Shown here: piece by piece, positions 9,793 through 21,361 of the stretch | Layout: every line of letters starts with the position of its first letter | How positions within the stretch are numbered: the stretch's first letter is position 1 | Virus record (IMG/VR): IMGVR_UViG_3300022753_001925 | Strand: one strand, 5' to 3' | DNA: 28,230 bases | From: a virus | The notes under the pieces: model-generated | Told to the model about the DNA's origin: nothing | The model's input: the letters and a program-made list of their open reading frames with translations, nothing else | Database searches by the model: none | Translations under genes and position numbers: made by a program

Positions 9793-9854
9793 TTTTTTAA
9801 ATCTCCTAATAGTTTGTTGTTTATAGTTTATTTTAAGGTATATAAAGCATTTTT

Positions 9855-9890
9855 GTAACTAGCAAGTTACTTAGTTACCATTTGGTAATT
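9855..9890. promoter_or_regulatory. Palindromic operator-like sites upstream of oxidase gene
   Basis: GTAACT-agca-AGTTAC (9855-9870) followed by TTACCA-tt-TGGTAA, in the divergent promoter region. Confidence 0.45.
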
Positions 9891-9948
9891 AATCTTATTA
9901 CTTAATTTATTATATATTATATATAAACAAAATAATAAAAATTAAATC

Positions 9949-11136
9949 ATGACATTAATAAAAGAATTGCAGATTAATATTGCAATGAGCAATTACAATC
10001 AAAGAAGCAGTAGCTATTCATCTAATTATGATTATTTGTTCTTAGATAACTTATTGGATAGTTCTTATGCCAGTTCCTTCAGAAGTGATTTAAAAAATCT
10101 AAAGATCAAAACATTTGACGGAACAGAATGTAAAATTCTATACCTTCCAAAATATGGATCTCAAGATGCTGCCATCCTGGTGAGAATTCCAGTTGGAAAA
10201 ATTTCTGAAACTACAAAGCTGATCCTTGAAGTTCATGACACCACCTTCAGCAGCACTTTATCAACAGGTGGTGATCTGTTAATGTTTGATGCAAACTCTG
10301 ATACATACTCAAACTTTTTCATGAATTACTCAGGTTTAAGTATCAACAATGACTCAACAGATGGAGGTAAATTTCTACGTGCTAGATTCGCCCCAAGCTT
10401 TGATAGTGGAGTTCCAAACGATTTATTTACCACATTTGCTTCAGGTCAAGACTTAAGCAATAATCGTGTTACAGTAATCAGATTTAAACATATTGGTGGT
10501 AATGTTGCCGTTAATGATAATGGAACATATCCTGGTACAACTATTGGAAGTTACATGATGCAATCAGATTTTAATCTCACAACGTATCAAGAAGATATCA
10601 AAGAAACAAGCTTAAACTGGACCAGCAGCGTTAAGTCATATTGTATGTTTAGCGGCGCTAAGACATTAGTTATGGCTAGTTCATGGGATGCATATTCATC
10701 AGGCAGTGATGATGAGGGAGATTGGAAACAATACCACATTCACGGCCGTGTAGGTACAGGAACATCAAATTCATCAGATTATCTTGAAGGATTCATGAGG
10801 AACAATCCTGCTAAAATGTATCAAAATGAATATTCAGAAATAGAAATCTCTCCAACATGGTATGCAACATCTGATTTTGAAGAATACAACTATGTTGACT
10901 TGAAATGGATATTAATATTTCCATCCCCATTATTTGCAGCTAATGGAATTCCAGAAATAACAGTAACAGAAAAACAATCCAAACATGGAATCAGATTATT
11001 CAAAGGCGAACATGAATATCCTAAAGCATATAAAGGCAGTAAGCTATTGTGGGATGCTAACGATGAAACAATGGATAATACTGGTCTATACTTGCCAGAT
11101 AAAATAATCAATAAAGATTGGGACTGGGTGTTCTAG
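9949..11136 (+). CDS. Putative adhesin/receptor-binding virion protein (DUF2341-like N-terminus, beta-rich body)
   Basis: FRSDLKNLKIKTFDGTECKILY...AAILVRIP resembles the DUF2341 pattern. Ser/Thr/aromatic-rich. C-terminal RLFKGEHEYPKAYKGSKLLW knob-like motif. Confidence 0.55.
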   Translation: MTLIKELQINIAMSNYNQRSSSYSSNYDYLFLDNLLDSSYASSFRSDLKNLKIKTFDGTECKILYLPKYGSQDAAILVRIPVGKISETTKLILEVHDTTFSSTLSTGGDLLMFDANSDTYSNFFMNYSGLSINNDSTDGGKFLRARFAPSFDSGVPNDLFTTFASGQDLSNNRVTVIRFKHIGGNVAVNDNGTYPGTTIGSYMMQSDFNLTTYQEDIKETSLNWTSSVKSYCMFSGAKTLVMASSWDAYSSGSDDEGDWKQYHIHGRVGTGTSNSSDYLEGFMRNNPAKMYQNEYSEIEISPTWYATSDFEEYNYVDLKWILIFPSPLFAANGIPEITVTEKQSKHGIRLFKGEHEYPKAYKGSKLLWDANDETMDNTGLYLPDKIINKDWDWVF

Positions 11137-11907
11137 ATGATTGAAGAATATAGGGAAACTATTGGTCATAATCGTGGCCATCCAACTGGACTGAGCCATG
11201 AGGAAAAGATGGACGTTATTGCTTGTTTACTTGATGAGGGCGAAAGGACTTACGTTAACGAAGAGCATACTGCTTGGATTTCATCTAATCAATGTCGAGT
11301 CGGTGAAATGGTAACGTTAGCTGAAGAATCAACAATGGAACACACAATAGTTAAGAAAGCAAAGGAAGGGGACTTAGCATTCGGTTATCTGTTAGGTAAG
11401 GTTCAGGTAAGGTCTTCAGGACATACGTTAGTTACTGTGGCTGTTCTTGGAGATGTTTTCAGATTAAAATTAAAACGGCCTAGCTCAGCACCTATATTGC
11501 CGAACACAAGAATCTATATCGATAAGGATGGTGAATGCAATCCAACACAAGGCCATGATTTAAGACTGCTTTCCATTGTTAACTTAACGGAAAATGAAGA
11601 CGTGGAATACATTAGAGTCTACAGGCAAATGTCAGAAATCGAAATGTATCCTGAATCTCAGAACTGTCTTGATCTTGCCGACTGCAGTTTCGAGCAGGAC
11701 CAGTTCACTCACGTTGTCAATATGATCGTACCAGATGAATCCAATATCATGGCGCAGGCCAATTATGTTAAAGATTCAGACGGCGTTACTTATTGTGAAC
11801 TTCCTGATGTAGCTATTGTCAATAATGTCAGATTTGTATGGGAAGACAATAAGCTGTACATGGAATGGGAAGGGTGTGATGATGGCGAACAAGTATACTT
11901 TATATAA
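11137..11907 (+). CDS. Capsid decoration-protein paralogue with C-terminal extension
   Basis: Shares LLDEG, VTL.E.S, LG..FRLKL, YI.V.R with 22377 and 13464 proteins. Confidence 0.65.
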   Translation: MIEEYRETIGHNRGHPTGLSHEEKMDVIACLLDEGERTYVNEEHTAWISSNQCRVGEMVTLAEESTMEHTIVKKAKEGDLAFGYLLGKVQVRSSGHTLVTVAVLGDVFRLKLKRPSSAPILPNTRIYIDKDGECNPTQGHDLRLLSIVNLTENEDVEYIRVYRQMSEIEMYPESQNCLDLADCSFEQDQFTHVVNMIVPDESNIMAQANYVKDSDGVTYCELPDVAIVNNVRFVWEDNKLYMEWEGCDDGEQVYFI

Positions 11908-11960
11908 ACAAAATAATAAAATATATAATAAAACATATAATATTATAGCGAGGTTTAAAC

Positions 11961-12152
11961 ATGACCATAAGGAAACTTGTCGGAACTTTAGAAAATAAAG
12001 GACCATACATTGACCAGTCAACAGGGCACTGGTTCTACTGGAACGGAACCAAATACGTTGATAGTGGCTATCCTTATGCAGTTAAACCCGTAATAGCTTT
12101 TAAAATCGAAGATGGTATTTTATATTATTCAATTACTTGGGAGGCAAAATGA
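11961..12152 (+). CDS. Small virion/fibre-associated protein
   Basis: PYID..TGHWFYWNG and FKIEDGILYY motifs of the kind seen in phage fibre spacers. Stop overlaps next ATG (ATGA). Confidence 0.6.
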   Translation: MTIRKLVGTLENKGPYIDQSTGHWFYWNGTKYVDSGYPYAVKPVIAFKIEDGILYYSITWEAK

Positions 12153-12322
12153 AGTACATTAAATATTTTGAAACATTCGAAGAATACGAAGATTGGATGA
12201 AAAATGAATCAAACGCTGAAGAAGTATTTGAGAGTGAAGAAAAGATTTGTGTCGATGGCCTAATCTTAAGCCATACAAATAAAAGTTTTGAAGAATCCAT
12301 CGCCGAAGGTGATGATGAATGA
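12149..12322 (+). CDS. Small acidic hypothetical protein
   Basis: GGAGG RBS. ATGA overlaps at both ends. Confidence 0.65.
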   Translation: MKYIKYFETFEEYEDWMKNESNAEEVFESEEKICVDGLILSHTNKSFEESIAEGDDE

Positions 12323-12570
12323 TATATGAATGGTTAGAAGCCAATAGGAAAGATATTGATATCTTAACATCTTTTTTAGTAACTGTAATTCCAATCATCA
12401 TGTTATATTCTGAAAGCTTAGGTATTGTTGAAAATACTGTTCCCTACTGTATACTAATGATTATTTTAGGTGTAGCCAGTCACTATGCAAGTAGGATACG
12501 AGGCGATGGAGATGTTGAATACGCTAAGAAAAAAGCTAAGAAAGTTTTGGGATGTCCTCAAGAAGAATAA
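12319..12570 (+). CDS. Small two-TM membrane protein (holin-like)
   Basis: Two hydrophobic segments and a basic C-terminus. Confidence 0.6.
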   Translation: MIYEWLEANRKDIDILTSFLVTVIPIIMLYSESLGIVENTVPYCILMIILGVASHYASRIRGDGDVEYAKKKAKKVLGCPQEE

Positions 12571-12594
12571 ACTTCTCTGGAGAATATTATTAAG

Positions 12595-12858
12595 TTGATT
12601 TCTATGAAAGATTTAAAAAAGAAAATCATCATTTGTAACTTTACCAAAACAATCTCAAGTGCAGTTTTAACCGCTGTAGCCATCAACATCATAATGGCTA
12701 ATGCAACCAAGTATGCTTTAATGGAAGGACTATTGCCATTTGCTTTGGCTATTGTTATTGTACTCTTAATTGATTTATATCAATATAGATGTGAAAAAGA
12801 AGATAGGATTAATCTAAACGATTTGGAAAATAGAATCCAAAAACTGGAGAACGAATAA
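12595..12858 (+). CDS. Small two-TM membrane protein with C-terminal coiled coil
   Basis: Two hydrophobic segments, then RINLNDLENRIQKLENE. Confidence 0.6.
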   Translation: MISMKDLKKKIIICNFTKTISSAVLTAVAINIIMANATKYALMEGLLPFALAIVIVLLIDLYQYRCEKEDRINLNDLENRIQKLENE

Positions 12859-12859
12859 G

Positions 12860-13459
12860 ATGGACAAGAAGATATTAATTGCAGTTCCAACCTTTGAAAA
12901 CATAAAACCACAATGCTTCAAAAGCATATACGGTTTAACAAGGCCTGAAGGTTATAGTCTATACTTTGATTATGTTTCAGGCTATGACTGCGCTAAGGCA
13001 AGAAATCAAATAGCTAAAAACTCAATGGCTGGAAACTATGACTACGTGTTAATGGTTGACTCAGACATACAACTTCCACCTGACACTTTAATCAGATTGC
13101 TTGAATGTGAATCTGATATTGCTCTTGGCTGGTACTACAGGAAAAGAACAAAATCAGATCAAACAATAATCTTCACATTCGGCAAGGACTTCAACGATGA
13201 CAATTGCATACGTGGCCATACAATGATCCACGAGGTTCCAAGACCAATCGAAGTTAAAGGTGGTGGCCTTGGAATAGCGTTAATCAAGGTTAATATCTTT
13301 TCCAAACTCACATACCCGTATTTTAAATTCGTAACCTATCCGAATGACACAGTCTTATCTGAAGATTTATATTTCTGCAATCTGGCTAGTGAAAATGGTT
13401 TTAATATTAAATGCAATCCTTCTGTTAAAGGAAATCATATATTTGAAATATTAATGTGA
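12860..13459 (+). CDS. GT-A fold (GT2-like) glycosyltransferase
   Basis: ILIAVPT, KARNQI, VLMVDSD (DxD), GGGLGIALIK, SEDLYFC, NH motifs. Confidence 0.9.
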   Translation: MDKKILIAVPTFENIKPQCFKSIYGLTRPEGYSLYFDYVSGYDCAKARNQIAKNSMAGNYDYVLMVDSDIQLPPDTLIRLLECESDIALGWYYRKRTKSDQTIIFTFGKDFNDDNCIRGHTMIHEVPRPIEVKGGGLGIALIKVNIFSKLTYPYFKFVTYPNDTVLSEDLYFCNLASENGFNIKCNPSVKGNHIFEILM

Positions 13460-13463
13460 TATT

Positions 13464-14096
13464 ATGGCGGATACAATTGTTTTATTGGAGGAACGCAAGG
13501 AGATTACCACATTCATATTGGATGATGGCACTAAAACATTAGTCGATAATGTAGTCACTCCAACAGGTAGTACTCTTGGCTATGAATACTCCAATAAATG
13601 TATGGTTGATGATATACTTTGTATTTCAGACAAATCTGCAATAGGAAAGGAATGTTTAAAGAAATACAGTGGAGATGCAACGGAAGTTCCCGTTGGCGTC
13701 CTTGTCAATGAACCGGTAGTAATGACAGCCGGGGAGAGAAAAGGAAGTGTACTTCTTTTAGGCGGACTTTACCGTTTAAAACTGGCTTCAGGCATTGTTA
13801 ATATTAAAGCAGGAGACAGAATCAAATTGTCACCAACTGGAGCTATTGTTGATAATGCAGGTGAGTTTCTAGCTTTTCATCCTGTTGCAAATTCGGATGA
13901 ATATAACTATATCAATTGTTTCCAAGTAAGTCTTGGAGGTAAAGGAGAGAAAGGAGACACCGGAGATACAGGTGCTGCGACTGTTATCCTCGGGTCTTAT
14001 GATACTTTCGAAGAACTAATTGCAGCACATCCAACAGCTAATGAAGGAGATGCCTTCCTAGTTGATGGAGAACTATTCGTTTGGCATAACGATTAA
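13464..14096 (+). CDS. Decoration-protein domain fused to short collagen and a C-terminal half-knob (fibre anchor)
   Basis: First ~155 aa align with the 22377 protein (about half identical by eye), then [13 protein letters not shown] and GSYDTFEELIAAHPT..GDAFLVDGELFVW. Confidence 0.85.
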   Translation: MADTIVLLEERKEITTFILDDGTKTLVDNVVTPTGSTLGYEYSNKCMVDDILCISDKSAIGKECLKKYSGDATEVPVGVLVNEPVVMTAGERKGSVLLLGGLYRLKLASGIVNIKAGDRIKLSPTGAIVDNAGEFLAFHPVANSDEYNYINCFQVSLGGKGEKGDTGDTGAATVILGSYDTFEELIAAHPTANEGDAFLVDGELFVWHND

Positions 14097-14126
14097 TTTA
14101 AACTAAATAAATAGAGGTGTTTATAT

Positions 14127-14999
<873 letters not shown>

Positions 15000-15024
15000 A
15001 TAATTAATTCCATTAAATCCCTTC

Positions 15025-15070
15025 AAAGGAAGTACTAGCTATTAATAATAGTCGGTACTTCCTTTTTTTT
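15025..15070 (+). terminator. Strong stem-loop + T-tract terminator inside fibre operon
   Basis: AAAGGAAGTAC / GTACTTCCTTT 11-bp stem followed by a T run. Confidence 0.75.
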
Positions 15071-15093
15071 TAAAACAATTAATAGGTGAAAAC

Positions 15094-15453
15094 ATGGCAT
15101 GGGTAAATGTAGGAAATATCAAAGGAGATACAGGAGCGACAGGTGATACTGGAGCTACTGGTGCAAGCGGTCGTTCAGCATATGTTACTGTAGATAGGGC
15201 TCATGGCTTTATCGTTTTCGGTAATGGTGATACAGAACAATTTGTTTACTTCTCAGATTTAAAAGGTCAGAAAGGAGATACTGGTGCAACCGGTCCGGCA
15301 GGCCCTGTTAATCTAGTCTCAACATTAGATACAACAGACACAACAAATGCAGTAACCAACAGTGCAATAGCTACAGCTATTGAAGATGTAGTTGACCAGA
15401 TAGGAACAATAACATCTGCACAACAAAGTAATTTAACATTGCTTGGGAGTTAA
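15094..15453 (+). CDS. Short collagen-like fibre adaptor
   Basis: Starts MAWVNVGNIKG, has G-X-Y runs and a helical C-terminus. GGTGA RBS. Confidence 0.85.
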   Translation: MAWVNVGNIKGDTGATGDTGATGASGRSAYVTVDRAHGFIVFGNGDTEQFVYFSDLKGQKGDTGATGPAGPVNLVSTLDTTDTTNAVTNSAIATAIEDVVDQIGTITSAQQSNLTLLGS

Positions 15454-15456
15454 ACA

Positions 15457-16566
15457 ATGACATTCAATCCTCCCAACCTTTCAGAGTTATTAACACACGA
15501 ACAAACAATGAATACAAGATTAACAGCACTTCAAGGTGACTTAAGAGATATACTCGATGACAATAGTATTGCTTATGCTTCAGATGAGGGCATCATTCCA
15601 TTAATCAGAAAGTTACCTGTTCCTGTTCCAACTACTGTGGAATGGAATTGCTATGAGGGTTGGTTAACAAAAGATGGGTCTCAATCAAGAAATAATGAGG
15701 CTGAAGGATATCCTGTTGTAAGAGATCAGTCTGGAACTTCAATCCCGAACGTTCCAGTTACAGTCAGAAGAAAACCAATCAGTGGTGGATCATGGACTCA
15801 ATATGGAACATACATATCAAGCAATGATGATGTTTACATGTATCCTGATTCAAACAAGGACGGATATATCTATGAAGTTTATGTTACTGCCAATCCTTCC
15901 ATTTCTGCACAGTTGGCATTGCCACAGTACTGGTTTAACTATCAAACGGATGATTATGATTATACATTTGACCAGGTTCTGGATACTGCCAATCCATTAA
16001 TCTCAACAAATGTCAAATCAATAGACACTCAGTATTTAAGTTATGGAAATAATTATTTTTATGTTACTGCAAAAGAAGCAGGGCAAATGCTACTGGCTAT
16101 TCCATTAAAGAATGCACCAGCAATTGCAGGTGCAAACAACAACACTAACATATATATCGGATATGACATAACAAGAGGAAACACTCCTTCAAGTGATGGG
16201 ATGTTCGGTGTTGGTGGAGGTATGGTCGGAAACGGTTCCAGAAATTCAATAGGAGTATTCCTTGATTCTTCAGATGCTGATTTCAGGTCAACATATGGTT
16301 CATCATTTAATTTCGGTGGTGAGGACATTGGATTTACTGAAACAGGTGTTTCAAAAGAATGTATAGTACGCATTCCTGGAGGAAACAGCGGTGCTTATAC
16401 ATGGTTTGAAAATGCTGATGCTTCAATTTCAGATTATGGTCCTTATTGGTATGCATCACAATTAGGAACAACATATGGGCCATGTCTTGTAGTCCATCAC
16501 AGCAACGCAACTGCAAACCAAAGAATAAAAGTCACAATCAAATATATAAGAGCAACCTGTCCATGA
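15457..16566 (+). CDS. Putative fibre tip/adhesin
   Basis: N-terminal helical segment (TRLTALQGDLRDIL...) resembling that of 16575, then a beta-rich G/S/T/N/Y-rich body. Confidence 0.6.
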   Translation: MTFNPPNLSELLTHEQTMNTRLTALQGDLRDILDDNSIAYASDEGIIPLIRKLPVPVPTTVEWNCYEGWLTKDGSQSRNNEAEGYPVVRDQSGTSIPNVPVTVRRKPISGGSWTQYGTYISSNDDVYMYPDSNKDGYIYEVYVTANPSISAQLALPQYWFNYQTDDYDYTFDQVLDTANPLISTNVKSIDTQYLSYGNNYFYVTAKEAGQMLLAIPLKNAPAIAGANNNTNIYIGYDITRGNTPSSDGMFGVGGGMVGNGSRNSIGVFLDSSDADFRSTYGSSFNFGGEDIGFTETGVSKECIVRIPGGNSGAYTWFENADASISDYGPYWYASQLGTTYGPCLVVHHSNATANQRIKVTIKYIRATCP

Positions 16567-16574
16567 GGTGAATT

Positions 16575-17608
16575 ATGAGCATAGCAAGTAATGTAATTGA
16601 AACAAATTCAAGACTCACAACAGCTAGAAACTTACTTAGAGAAAAGTTAACTGCCAATGGAGTTCAATATGATGAGTCAGATACAATATTTGAATTATTG
16701 AAAAGATGGGCATATACCCGTACTGCCGGAGACTATGACTTCATTTATCCAAGTGAATATGAAGTAAAGGAAGGAGCGGAACTTTCATTCGGCGTATTCA
16801 TATATGACCATGACGGTAATTTTGTTGAAGGAGTTCCAGCCACTGTTATTGTTAATGGCACAAGCTATAAAGTCTATTCCAACAGCAACGGCCATGCAAT
16901 AAAAACAATAACAGCAGGAAGTGAAGGAAGTGAACTGGAAATAGAGATTATCGCAGGCTACAGTCATTTTTCAGATGCCTACACAATCGCTTCAGCTTTA
17001 GAGTTTACAGATGACAATGAACAGAATACTTACCTATATGATGTAATTAAATATCCTGCAAGCGTTTCCCATACATTTTCAACATATAAATATGACAGCG
17101 GTTATAACAAATACGGCTATTCATTCTCAAAAGCAGTTACAAGCGCTAGTGCAGTAATGTTAATCCCAAAAGGAATGGGAGCATATGATCCAACTAAAAA
17201 CGGAATTCATTTCTCAGTCCAGATGGTTCAAAAGAAAAACAGCAACTCTGGATGGGGAGATGCAATAGCTTTAGTAAATTCAAAGGAATTATCACATTAC
17301 CGTGACAATAAGATTTTGGAACTTGGAGCATATAATGCAAAGAAAGGAATCAAGTATTCAAATACAAATCATGTCGTTAATGAATTAAACACAACCACTG
17401 GACAGTTAACATTAGATTCAGTTTGGTATACATTCGAATTGTACTATGACAATGGATATCTCAAGGCCACTATCAAAAACGGAAGCACAACAGTTTATTC
17501 ATATGAGGGCGATGTAAGTAATGTTATTTCATTTGATAAGTTCTATCCGGTGATAATGGTGTATGATTACGGTGGAGCAATGCTGTTTAATAATGTAATA
17601 ATCGAACC

Positions 17609-17621
<13 letters not shown>
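16575..17621 (+). CDS. Putative fibre tip/adhesin (Ig-like then lectin-like region)
   Basis: MSIASNVIETNSRLTTARNLLREKLTANGV N-terminal motif, Ig-like (GNFVEGVPATVIVNG) and ConA-like (WYTFELYY..G.LKATIK) segments. Confidence 0.6.
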
Positions 17622-18874
<1,253 letters not shown>

Positions 18875-18898
18875 TATACTATTAACAGGGGTGTAAGG

Positions 18899-19165
18899 AT
18901 GGAAATTCCTGATGAATTATTAAAAGAGATTAGCTATGTTAAAATCTCAAGTTATAGGTTAAGGGTAATGAAATCATTAGAGGAGGAGGTTAAGATGCCT
19001 TCTCAGATTGCAAAAGATTCAGATATTAGACAAAATCATATTTCAAAAGTTTTATCTGAATTAAAAGCGCACGAGTTAGTAGAGTGCATTAATCCTGAAG
19101 TTAGAAAAGGTAGATTGTACAGGCATACTGATAAAGGTGTGGATGTAGTTAAAAATATTGAGTAA
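18899..19165 (+). CDS. Winged-helix (ArsR/MarR-like) regulator of a family I associate with Methanobrevibacter
   Basis: ISYVKISSYRLRVMKSL...MPSQIAKDSDIRQNHISKVLSELK...INPEVRKGRLYRHTDKG. Confidence 0.9.
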   Translation: MEIPDELLKEISYVKISSYRLRVMKSLEEEVKMPSQIAKDSDIRQNHISKVLSELKAHELVECINPEVRKGRLYRHTDKGVDVVKNIE

Positions 19166-19182
19166 TTGGTGGAGTTGGAATT

Positions 19183-19443
19183 ATGAATGATACAAATGAA
19201 TTAGTAAACGACATTATTACTTTTTTTCAAAAATTCGGTGCTTCCAATGAATTAAGTAATCGTAATTTTGATACCAGTGACTTTTTTTCAGAAGAGTATT
19301 GTAATTATGTTTTAGACCTTGGTAAAAAATATGGATTATATGATGAAATTAAAGAAGCTAAAGATATTAATTATATTATGAATTTGGAAGATGAGATGGC
19401 TAATTACTTTAAAAAAATACTTCTAGAAAGATTTAATGTATAA
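19183..19443 (+). CDS. Hypothetical acidic protein
   Basis: 86-aa ORF with GGAG RBS. No motif recognised. Confidence 0.6.
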   Translation: MNDTNELVNDIITFFQKFGASNELSNRNFDTSDFFSEEYCNYVLDLGKKYGLYDEIKEAKDINYIMNLEDEMANYFKKILLERFNV

Positions 19444-19444
19444 T

Positions 19445-19609
19445 TTATAATTCTTTAATAGAATCTTTTGTCTTAATAATAATTTTATCATCTTCAATAT
19501 CCCAGTATAACTCATCACCTGCTTTAATATCAAATTTTGTTCTAATAGCGGAAGGGATGCTTGTAGCTAATCTTGTATTTACTTTTGTTTTGCTAATATA
19601 ATCTTTCAT
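19445..19609 (-). CDS. AbrB/MazE/SpoVT-like DNA-binding protein, 54 aa (absent from ORF track)
   Basis: My translation: MKDYISKTKVNTRLATSIPSAIRTKFDIKAGDELYWDIEDDKIIIKTKDSIKEL. Shows the IP..IR....IK.GD.L.W...D.KIII pattern. GAGG RBS. Confidence 0.85.
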   Translation of the reverse strand: MKDYISKTKVNTRLATSIPSAIRTKFDIKAGDELYWDIEDDKIIIKTKDSIKEL

Positions 19610-19855
19610 TTCTTTTCCTCTTTTTATTTTTAATTTTGTAAAATATTTTATTTATATATGTAACCTCATACATTGAAAATACATATCATATACATAGTAA
19701 CATTTAAATAGAAAATAAATAAAATATTAATTAATGAAAAGTAGGATCATCAACATACTTTTAATATTTATATTGTATGATATACTTACATATAAACATA
19801 CAATTCAATCCTATTTTTCATTGATAAATTAAATGATTGAATCTGGAGATAATAT

Positions 19856-21031
19856 ATGGATCATAATAGTGATATAGCTGGAAATAATAACGGTACTGTT
19901 AATACAAATAAATACAAATGTATAGATTTGTTTTGTGGTGCAGGGGGATTAAGTTTAGGTTTTGAAATGGAAGATTTTGAAATTTTAGCAGGTTTTGAGA
20001 TTGAACCTAAATTTTTAGAAACCTATACAAACTCACATCCTAATGCTATCGGATTCAATGAAGATTTAAATGAAACTGATGTTTTAAAACTTTTAAAAGA
20101 GAATAATATTGATTCAAACGAAATTGATATTGTTATTGGTGGTCCACCATGTCAAGGTTTTAGTACTGTTGGAAATAGGATGATTGATGACCCAAGAAAT
20201 AATCTTGTTAGAATTTATGCAGATATTGTTGATAAAATAAAACCTAAAATGTTTTTAATGGAAAATGTTTCTGGGTTAGCTTCTATGAAAAATGGTAAAG
20301 ATGAATTAATTAAGGATGAACTTATTGATATCTTTAATGACATAGGTTATAATGTACAATCAAAAGTATTGCTAGCTGCAGACTATGGAGTTCCACAATT
20401 AAGAAAAAGAATATTTTTTGTGGGTATTCGAAAAGAATATGAATATACTTTTAAATTCCCTACTCCAACACATCATGATAAAAATTCATTAATGGCTCAT
20501 TCAAATAATGCAAAACAATATTTAACAGTCAAAGATGCATTATCAGATTTACCTACAATTGAATGTAAAGAATCTGCAACAGAATATACTCTTCCTCCTC
20601 AAAATGAGTATCAAGAATATTGTAGAAAAAATTCAGATAAACTATTTAATCATAAAGCTCCTAACCATTCTGAAATAGTAATAGAGCGAATTAAAAATAT
20701 TCCTCAAGGGGGAAACCATGGGGATTTACCAGATGATTTAAAACTAAAAAGAGGTTATCCTAATATTTATGGAAAATTAGATGAAAGTAAACCAGCAGAT
20801 ACAATTACAGGGAATTGTGGTTGTGCAAGTGCACCAGGTAGATTTTTACATCCTACAAGTAATAGAGTAATGTCCGTTAGAGAAGCTTGCAGACTCCAGT
20901 CTATACCAGATTATGTTGAGTTTAAAGGATCTAATAGTCAACAATATAAACAAGTTGGTAATGCAGTACCGCCTTTACTTGCTAAAGCTATAGCCTCAGA
21001 ATTTAAAAAATCATTAGATGAAATGAATTAA
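19856..21031 (+). CDS. C5-cytosine DNA methyltransferase
   Basis: Motif I DLFCGAGG, IV GGPPCQGFS, VI ENV, VIII QLRKRIFFVG, IX/X REACRLQ, YKQVGNAVPP. Confidence 0.97.
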   Translation: MDHNSDIAGNNNGTVNTNKYKCIDLFCGAGGLSLGFEMEDFEILAGFEIEPKFLETYTNSHPNAIGFNEDLNETDVLKLLKENNIDSNEIDIVIGGPPCQGFSTVGNRMIDDPRNNLVRIYADIVDKIKPKMFLMENVSGLASMKNGKDELIKDELIDIFNDIGYNVQSKVLLAADYGVPQLRKRIFFVGIRKEYEYTFKFPTPTHHDKNSLMAHSNNAKQYLTVKDALSDLPTIECKESATEYTLPPQNEYQEYCRKNSDKLFNHKAPNHSEIVIERIKNIPQGGNHGDLPDDLKLKRGYPNIYGKLDESKPADTITGNCGCASAPGRFLHPTSNRVMSVREACRLQSIPDYVEFKGSNSQQYKQVGNAVPPLLAKAIASEFKKSLDEMN

Positions 21032-21297
21032 TCAATCAATTCTTTAAAATTATCTAATAATAGTTTACTTTTATTTGTAAGAGCAAACTTTTTATTTTTT
21101 CTTATATTTGGTGTGATACATACAATATATCCTTTTTCCATCAAATCTTTTAAATTAGATGATATATGAGAAATATAAAAATTTTTATTTGTTAATTCTT
21201 TTGGAGATTTTGGAAATTCATTTAATGATAAAATTATATGTAATCTAATTTCACTCTTTAATATATACATTAATTCACTATTAATCATTATATTCAA
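21028..21297 (-). CDS. Winged-helix regulator, candidate controller of RM cassette
   Basis: RLHIILSL...SPKEL...SHISSNLKDL..KGYIVCITP..RK pattern. Stop shares TTAA with the MTase stop, and it is divergent from the nuclease. Confidence 0.75.
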   Translation of the reverse strand: MNIMINSELMYILKSEIRLHIILSLNEFPKSPKELTNKNFYISHISSNLKDLMEKGYIVCITPNIRKNKKFALTNKSKLLLDNFKELID

Positions 21298-21305
21298 TCC
21301 ATAAT

Positions 21306-21327
21306 TAGTTACATATTATTGTAACTA
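21306..21327. promoter_or_regulatory. Perfect palindromic operator between wHTH and nuclease
   Basis: TAGTTACA-tattat-TGTAACTA, abutting a TATATAAA box upstream of 21362. Confidence 0.6.
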
Positions 21328-21361
21328 TATATAAAAAATTGTTTTAAACATAGATATAAAT

